Part shown: piece by piece, positions 58,801-64,000 of the stretch
How positions within the stretch are numbered: the first letter of the stretch is position 1
Layout: every line of letters starts with the position of its first letter
Assembly (NCBI GenBank): GCA_965541585.1
Contig: CBEUCH010000013.1
Coordinates: 48,692-112,691, forward strand
DNA length: 64,000 nucleotides
DNA from: an uncultured bacterium
GTDB taxonomy: Bacteria > Zixibacteria > MSB-5A5 > UBA10806
Direction of reading: 5' to 3'
The notes under the pieces: generated by a model
What the model was told of the DNA's origin: nothing
The model's database searches: none
Seen by the model: the letters and a program-made list of their open reading frames with translations, nothing else
Position numbers and translations under genes: made by a program

Positions 58801-59248
58801 TCTTATTCAGGACTACACCTGTATCGATCTCCGCTATGACTCCGCCGGCTTCTTCAATCGTTTTCTCAATCAGATCAAGGGAGTAATTCTCTCGATTATC
58901 CCCGGCCTTATCGTATAGCTCGAGAGATGCCATCAGCCTGGATTGGAATTTGCCGTAATGTTTTTCGAGGAGGCGTGCGATATGAAGAAATCCCTTACGT
59001 TTCACAATATAACGGATCATAGTGAAATAGAGCGCCGTTGCCATCGCCAGTACGAGGCCAACGTCAATAATCGTCCTTGTTGCCGTATCGGGCCAGGTTA
59101 CCATCGTGAGCCCGATCAAAAGGCCGAAAAGCAAAATGGCCACACCGATCGTCATAATGATTCCTCTGAGGGAATCCAATAAGGCGATTCTGGTCTGAAG
59201 AGCTCTCAGTATCCTGACTATACTTTCATATTGGTGTTTATCCGTCAT
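55889..59248 (-). CDS. DUF4175-family membrane-anchored coiled-coil protein
   Basis: N-terminal TMs, D.PP.I Ig-like region, DDYG, Gln/Glu-rich coiled coil, RQERILSRLLDAQRS, Y..LIKAYF. Start ATG 59248 or TTG 59269. Confidence 0.85.
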   Translation of the reverse strand: MTDKHQYESIVRILRALQTRIALLDSLRGIIMTIGVAILLFGLLIGLTMVTWPDTATRTIIDVGLVLAMATALYFTMIRYIVKRKGFLHIARLLEKHYGKFQSRLMASLELYDKAGDNRENYSLDLIEKTIEEAGGVIAEIDTGVVLNKKPLIKASAKTGFLAVAAAIGFLLNPSVVSQTWKLYSDPGTDIIRPPEFSLTIEPSGGEFFRNKDLTIEAIPDGKTPRKIDMHFRFDGGEWASEPMYRTDDNSLPAFTHTFRNIKRSIEVYAQSGRIESNLAHIEIVDPPRLVDINLRIDLPDYSNLPDAVGDPNDGNIAALKGSTVHIEATANKSLSNAYQLYDDSLRANLQVDDRRISGIFTLNQNNRYTIMMADLAGRGNPEPIWYDIQVLDDYPPSIEILFPAVDVDLSERMILPLEIWIGDDYGFDRLNLVWWMLSEGRQTEPAKERIPISDPQTPEQVIHYQWDINNISPLPGDLIYYYCEVSDNDIISGPKWAKSRTYLARLPSLDEILAEVQGSQEHQIIELEEVMKHQEELQESINEIAREMLKASEVDWEKQQAAKDVLERQRDLAERLQNLADEMQENLEDLQYNRLIGEEVVEKLQELQTLMEEIATPELKEAMRKLREALENMDPEELKQALEEFQMTSEELLENLDRSLALMKQLAIEQKMDMLVELAERILEDQNQMNENVDAAGDSSALANQSQECKKNSGQFDSLKEQFEQLKQMDADTKLVPEGEKANAEKQINNPQIPEDFEGMNESLCSGKKGMCKKRGKRLSGNLQQVLSALRQARDAMQQEMLADITRKIQRASEDLLYLSRRQEGLLDSTRGFEGSEVNIRRFVGQESQIEAAAIRIAELVSELSKQTIFVNMEILRHMGQILSDISDASKHLDGRSAEKAIGSEMSAMANMNSVVLMLMRAQQACMNSCSGSGMSEMMKKMAEMSRQQAGINQQSMMLMPKPGMPMTMSQQRSLRKLASEQETLRKQLEELNDQFGKRGNMLGRLDALGEEMKKVSEDLTRSKINRRTVERQERILSRLLDAQRSVHRREFSRKRKAEQGIDIARRSPVLPDDYSDESGWLSNIIERALQEGYPRKYEKLIKAYFRSLQNEGTALEK

Positions 59249-59265
59249 GACAAAATCTCCGTTGC

Positions 59266-59958
59266 TCAATGTGTTAGGGCGTATGTTACGAGATTTGCGC
59301 CCATCCTCAAGGCCGCCAGCCTTTTTTCAGGCGGATCGTTGTAGACTTCCGGGTCCTCCCAGCCGTCGCCAATATCAGCCTCGTAGGCGAAATATACGCA
59401 TACTCTCTCGTCGATAATAATGCCGAATCCCTGCGGCGGTTTTTCGTCGTGCTTGTGAATCTTGGGCAGGCCGTTGGGGAAGTCGTATCTTGAATGGTAA
59501 ATCGGGTGGGAGAAGGGCAGTTCCACGAACTCCCGGTCGGGAAAGATCTTTTTCATCTCACGCCTGATAGCTTTAGCCAGCCCGTAACTGTCATTGGCAA
59601 ATAAGAATCCCCCGTTTTCGAGATATATGCGTAATGCCGTAGCATCATCGTCGGAAAAGCTGATATTTCCATGGCCGGTCAGGAATAGAAAAGGATATTT
59701 GAACAGATCGGCATCGGTGGCCCTGACGTTGACTTCGATATCGCTTACAGGTATTGAGGTGTTCTCCATCAAGAACTTATGCAGGTTGGGGACGGCTGAA
59801 CGCCCCCAGTACCAGTTGCCGCCGCCGTCGTAACGAAGCCTGGCAATGGTAACCGCCGATGGATTTCGTGGGTTTTTCTGATCGCCCTGCTGACCTGTTG
59901 AAGATGTAAAAAAGACAGCAGAGATTAGAATTGTCATTGAGAATTCCCTCATTACCAT
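59266..59958 (-). CDS. DUF4159 domain protein
   Basis: ARLRYDGGGNWY, YPFLFLTGHG, YLENGGFLFAND, GLPKIHKHD, DIGDGWED, MGANLVTYA. Start uncertain. Confidence 0.9.
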   Translation of the reverse strand: MVMREFSMTILISAVFFTSSTGQQGDQKNPRNPSAVTIARLRYDGGGNWYWGRSAVPNLHKFLMENTSIPVSDIEVNVRATDADLFKYPFLFLTGHGNISFSDDDATALRIYLENGGFLFANDSYGLAKAIRREMKKIFPDREFVELPFSHPIYHSRYDFPNGLPKIHKHDEKPPQGFGIIIDERVCVYFAYEADIGDGWEDPEVYNDPPEKRLAALRMGANLVTYALTH

Positions 59959-60244
59959 CTTATACTCACAAGACCGCACTTTTGTGTCCTCCAATTACTA
60001 TATCGACCGATAGGCCCTTCCCTGATGAAGACCAGAAGACAATCACCGGTCTGTTTCAAGATAGGGAAATACCGAAAAATGTCAATTGCGAACTGCGGCA
60101 GAGGAAGACAGATATGTCGAGGAATTTCACTACGTTCTGAACGAGATTTTCCCGAATGTTATATCTGCAAAGAAAACCTGCTGGCATGTGATCGGGTCGG
60201 CCCACTTTTTGTAGATCGCCCCGATCACATCCAATCCAAACGCA

Positions 60245-60820
60245 CTAATCCGCGGTCAATTTCGGAACAAGTTTAGCCTTTGCTTTCAGCGTCGGCATGG
60301 TCAGCGGCTGGTCTCCGTCTCGGGCCAACAGCCTGCCCGCACCAGGACAATCCACACAGCCGGCAAGCGGTTCGGGGCCTCTGTAGGCCGCGATCGATTT
60401 GACCACGTCGGTAAGCTCAAAGCTAATGCAGTTTCCGTCCACATCGGCCGAAGGCTTATACTCAGGACGCTGCTCCGTGCAAAGGCAGACGTATCCGGGT
60501 TGATCAAAGCCTCTGTAGTAGGCGATCATCTTGACAACGTCCGTAAGCTCCCGCGCGGTGCCGTTTTCGTCGCTGTCACCGGGGGTGTAGACGCAATCGC
60601 CTTCAACTCCGCCGCCGACCCAGTAACCGGCATAGACGGTATAGTTTTCCGATGACGACTGTCCCACTATTGACTGACCTACCGTGCCGTCGGCTTGATG
60701 GTTAGCCGATTCCGCATGCCCGCCGCCGGAGGCGATGACATACCAGTCGATAGAGTAATTCTGGGCGGAAGCGGCGCCCGCCAAAAGGATCAGCGCCGAG
60801 AATATGATTACCACTCTCAT
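60245..60820 (-). CDS. Small secreted protein: DWYVIASGGG domain plus Cys-rich dockerin variant
   Basis: Signal peptide ASA-Q; NYSIDWYVIASGGG...GTVGQ...AGYW; dockerin module; basic tail. Confidence 0.85.
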   Translation of the reverse strand: MRVVIIFSALILLAGAASAQNYSIDWYVIASGGGHAESANHQADGTVGQSIVGQSSSENYTVYAGYWVGGGVEGDCVYTPGDSDENGTARELTDVVKMIAYYRGFDQPGYVCLCTEQRPEYKPSADVDGNCISFELTDVVKSIAAYRGPEPLAGCVDCPGAGRLLARDGDQPLTMPTLKAKAKLVPKLTAD

Positions 60821-60890
60821 CTGTTATTCTCCCTGTTCAAATTTGCCGTTTGTTCCAAGAGATCATTCCTCCGGGTCATCCCTGCAAGTT

Positions 60891-62387
60891 TTACGGACAA
60901 CCCTCATCAACTGTCCCGTCGCAGTTATTATCTATGAAATCGCCACAGATCTCGGGTGCTCCGGGATAAGTATTGGGGTCGTTGTCGTCGCAGTCTAAAT
61001 TGCATGGCCAACCGTCAAAATCCATATCCTCAAAGATAATTCCATTGCAGTTTCTATCTACACCGTCGCAAAATTCAGGCGCTCCGGGATATCTATTTGG
61101 ATCGTTGTCGTCGCAGTCTAAATTGCATGGCGAACCGTCGGAATCCATATCCTCATAGATAATTCCATTGCAGTTTCTATCTACACCGTCGCAAAATTCA
61201 GGCGCTCCGGGGTAGACATTGGGGTCATTGTCATCACAGTCGTCGCAAACAGTAAAGCCGTCAGAGTCGTTGTCTGCATCATCGACCGACCCATTGCAAT
61301 CGTTGTCAAGGCCGTCGCATATTTCAGGCTCGGGCGTTTGCTCTCCTTCACATTCTCCCCACACGCCATCGATGCATATTTGCGTGCCGCTATGACATTC
61401 TCCAACACCTTCTGAACCGGGAGGACCTGTGTAGCATGGCTGAGCTAGATCTTCATCAATTGAACCATCGCAATCATCATCAATGCCGTTGCAATATTCT
61501 GGCGCTCCCGGGTAGACGTTCGGATCGTTGTCGTCACAGTCAATATCGCTGGGATAACCGTCGCCGTCGGCATCCACGAAAACGCACGCCCCGTCGATAC
61601 AGACCTGGCCGGTGGGGCAGTAATTATCGGCGCCGTTATCGATCGTTCCATCGCAATCGTTGTCAAGGCCGTCGCAGAGCTCGGGGGCACCCGGATAAAC
61701 GTCGGGGTTATTGTCGTCGCAGTCGACGTCTACGTTATACCCGTCGCCGTCGGCGTCCGCTATGACGCATTCGGCGTTTATACAGATGAATCCCTCCGCA
61801 CAATCGACCGCGTTATTATCGGTTGTCCCGTCGCAATCGTTGTCTACGCCGTCGCAAATCTCGTCGGCTCCGGGGTGGATGTCGGGATTGAAATCGTCAC
61901 AGTCATTTCCGCCTTGCGATACTTTGATATAGCCATCTCCATCGGCATCGGCCATGGAGACCGCCAGGGCCCAGAATTGCTGTATATTCTCCTCTGTCAG
62001 CAGGTCGACATATTTAGCCCGGATGGAAAAAGCGCTGGAGGTCAGCGGAATGAGGGGTGATAATTCTCCTTGATCGTCGACATTGATCCCCAACCAGAGC
62101 TGTGCCCCGAAAATCTCATCCGGAAAGGCCGTATTATAGCCCAACCACACCGTAAACAGGCCTTCGGTATATTCTACCTCCTGACTTTCGGACCAGAGCG
62201 GCTCGCCACCCTCAGGACTTTCATAAAGCGAAAAGGCTGTCGTATGGACCCCGTTCACGGGGTCTCCATTGGAATCCGTCAGTTCACCCTGGTATGTGAC
62301 AATCATCGGGACATCAGCAAAAGAGGCGGATAGGAAAGCTAAATTCGCGATCGCTACCAGCATAAGAAATGCAAAAGCCTTTCTCAT
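60891..62387 (-). CDS. Secreted protein with YQG.L.D N-domain and putative metal-binding (MopE-like) Cys/Asp repeats
   Basis: Start MRKAF with SD AAGGAG. TYQGELTDSNGDPV. Six full and one partial DCDD.DP..YPGAPE.CDG.DN.C.G units; the last three recur at a 123-bp period. Confidence 0.88.
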   Translation of the reverse strand: MRKAFAFLMLVAIANLAFLSASFADVPMIVTYQGELTDSNGDPVNGVHTTAFSLYESPEGGEPLWSESQEVEYTEGLFTVWLGYNTAFPDEIFGAQLWLGINVDDQGELSPLIPLTSSAFSIRAKYVDLLTEENIQQFWALAVSMADADGDGYIKVSQGGNDCDDFNPDIHPGADEICDGVDNDCDGTTDNNAVDCAEGFICINAECVIADADGDGYNVDVDCDDNNPDVYPGAPELCDGLDNDCDGTIDNGADNYCPTGQVCIDGACVFVDADGDGYPSDIDCDDNDPNVYPGAPEYCNGIDDDCDGSIDEDLAQPCYTGPPGSEGVGECHSGTQICIDGVWGECEGEQTPEPEICDGLDNDCNGSVDDADNDSDGFTVCDDCDDNDPNVYPGAPEFCDGVDRNCNGIIYEDMDSDGSPCNLDCDDNDPNRYPGAPEFCDGVDRNCNGIIFEDMDFDGWPCNLDCDDNDPNTYPGAPEICGDFIDNNCDGTVDEGCP

Positions 62388-62487
62388 TTGGTTCTCCTTG
62401 TTGTGACGCGCAAGATTCACCTATCAATTATTTTCAATTATTAGCGGAGTCTGCACAGGGAATGAAACGCAGACGATTGTATACCAA

Positions 62488-62516
62488 AAAATAATAAATC
62501 TCAATATTATTGTCAA
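62488..62516 (-). promoter_or_regulatory. Putative sigma70 promoter
   Basis: Minus strand TTGACA, 17 bp spacer, TATTTT. Confidence 0.45.
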
Positions 62517-62700
62517 GTAAATTCCTCCTTAATGCGTTAATGATGCCCTGCCGAACCAATGATTTTGCCATCGCAATTGCCTGAGATATAGTCGTAATCT
62601 CCACCTGAAGGTAGGCCGTCCGATGCCGGCATCCACGGTAAAGGGTAGATTTTCATGTCACTTCTCGATAGGTTGTAGAATCATAGTTAATAATAATCCC

Positions 62701-64000
62701 TTACTGTGAAAATGTCAGGTCAATTTTGTGTGTGTTGTCCGTATCGCCTTCAGGCGTAACGGTCTGGACGGTTTGCCTTAGCTTACTCATCTGCGCTTTG
62801 AGTTCCTCAATCGTTTCCTGCTGCTCCTTTACAGCTTCGATCAACACCGCCACCAATCGCGCGTAATCGACCGATCTGGCGTCTATTCCATTCTCCTCGT
62901 AGGCCACAACCTCGGGTATCACCTCGCCGACCTCCTCGGCGATCAGGCCGATGTCATGCTGGCCGTCGGCCTTCCAATCGAAGGAGACTCCCCGCATGTT
63001 CTGGACCTTCTCCAGGGCACCTTCAATGGTTCTAATGTTTTGTTTCCATCTCCTCGAACTGTATATATCCCAGGCGTCGGCGATGGGATCGGTATCAGAT
63101 CTTTGTAGAATTGTCAGTATATTTGTGGGAGCGGTACTGATTCCGATTTTACCCCCGTTGATATCGCTTACGACCTGAACAGAAGGAATGCCATTCGAGG
63201 CCGGGCCGAACATTTCCATTTTCGCCTCCACTGAATCTACTGAGAGCTGCATTCCCGTGCTGTCGTCACCGCCGCCGGGATCCGAGAATATTCTTTTCAG
63301 GTTAATCTGTGAACCGCTGGAATCGGCGGTCATTTGAAGCATCGGATCGGTTATCTGCAACCGGCCACCCTGGCCCTGCGGAGCGGTCATCTCGAAAATC
63401 GGGCCGGCGGAACTGGTCGCCATTTCCATTATTGGTTCGGGCGGTTCTGGTTTGGGACTAAACATAACCCAGCTAAACTCACCGTCAACCCCCGTATTCA
63501 TTTCCGCGACACGCCTGCCGGGCGGCTCCGGTTTCGGGCTAAAAAGACCCCAGCTCCAGCTCCCATCACCCTGCGAACTCATTGCCATCCCGCTAAGCTC
63601 GCCATCGGGCATGTTATTTATGATGTTTATACTCGCCCCGTTGCCATCCGCGCTAATACCGACGCTCGGTCCGGTTTCACCCGGCGAGGGCAAGGCCTGC
63701 AGGTTTATCTCCGCTTCACCGTAATTCGACATCAGGCCTATGGATGAGCCCGCGGGGCCGCCGACTGCGGGCAGATTCTCAAGCATAATATCCGCCATGC
63801 TTGAGTTGGCCATGAGGGCAATTGTCGGACCGGGTTCACCGGGCGATGGCAAATTCTGAAGAGTTAAATCCGCCATTAAGTCATCGACAAGAATTTCGAC
63901 AGTCGGGCCGGTTTCGCCTGGCGACGGCAAAGCTTGCATTGAAAACTCCGCTTCACCGTAATTCGACATCAGGCCTATGGATGAGCCCGCGGGGCCGCCG
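62701..64000 (-). CDS. Partial (5'-truncated) fibre protein with peptidase S74 intramolecular chaperone domain
   Basis: YSSRRWKQNI...RGVSFDWK...IGLIAEEV..VIPEVV...VDYARLVAVLIEAVKEQQ and a coiled coil. Upstream LPSPGE.GP repeats, including a 237-bp-offset duplication (63711 vs 63948). Confidence 0.85.
   Translation of the reverse strand, partial: GGPAGSSIGLMSNYGEAEFSMQALPSPGETGPTVEILVDDLMADLTLQNLPSPGEPGPTIALMANSSMADIMLENLPAVGGPAGSSIGLMSNYGEAEINLQALPSPGETGPSVGISADGNGASINIINNMPDGELSGMAMSSQGDGSWSWGLFSPKPEPPGRRVAEMNTGVDGEFSWVMFSPKPEPPEPIMEMATSSAGPIFEMTAPQGQGGRLQITDPMLQMTADSSGSQINLKRIFSDPGGGDDSTGMQLSVDSVEAKMEMFGPASNGIPSVQVVSDINGGKIGISTAPTNILTILQRSDTDPIADAWDIYSSRRWKQNIRTIEGALEKVQNMRGVSFDWKADGQHDIGLIAEEVGEVIPEVVAYEENGIDARSVDYARLVAVLIEAVKEQQETIEELKAQMSKLRQTVQTVTPEGDTDNTHKIDLTFSQ

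Noticed and set aside
33645..60595. Three near-identical modules as DGR template/variable repeats
   Set aside because: Differences are not adenine-specific and are mostly at third codon positions. All copies are coding, and no reverse transcriptase is in the window.
62701..64000. Prophage suggested by the tail-fibre S74 domain
   Set aside because: No integrase, capsid, terminase or other phage genes nearby. The neighbours are signal-peptide surface proteins. Sequence beyond the window is unseen.

Overview
Bacterial chromosomal window dominated by secreted, modular surface proteins. The mix of YPNPFN-type C-terminal sorting domains, dockerins/cohesins, DUF2723 and DUF4159/DUF4175 suggests an FCB-group organism such as candidate Zixibacteria (inference, not a database result). 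Positions 1-27 kb form a four-gene cluster: three cohesin-type proteins with sorting domains (two also carry a dockerin) surround a 7,579-aa protein of about 77 cadherin-like Ig repeats that ends in a dockerin. An 84-aa Cys-rich dockerin variant recurs almost unchanged on three unrelated, unlinked secreted proteins: a 1,406-aa Cys-rich mosaic, a di-cupredoxin and a small SGGG-domain protein. Together these suggest a non-cellulolytic, cellulosome-like surface assembly. A thyX-nrdJ operon with tandem NrdR boxes runs directly into a low-GC two-gene module: a TIR (DUF1863/ThsB-like) protein with five 20-aa Pro-rich repeats, plus a 4-TM protein. This is a candidate Thoeris-like defence system. Also present: an IPTL-CTERM matrixin, a GH35-like protein, an M28 peptidase with an inserted beta-propeller, an Fe-ADH, a TrmH-family methylase, a PlpD-like patatin-Omp85 fusion, DUF2723, a DUF4159/DUF4175/TPR cluster, a MopE-repeat protein, a partial S74 fibre protein and REP-like palindromes. 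I saw no rRNA, tRNA, CRISPR array or transposase. All family assignments are by motif recognition; no searches were run.
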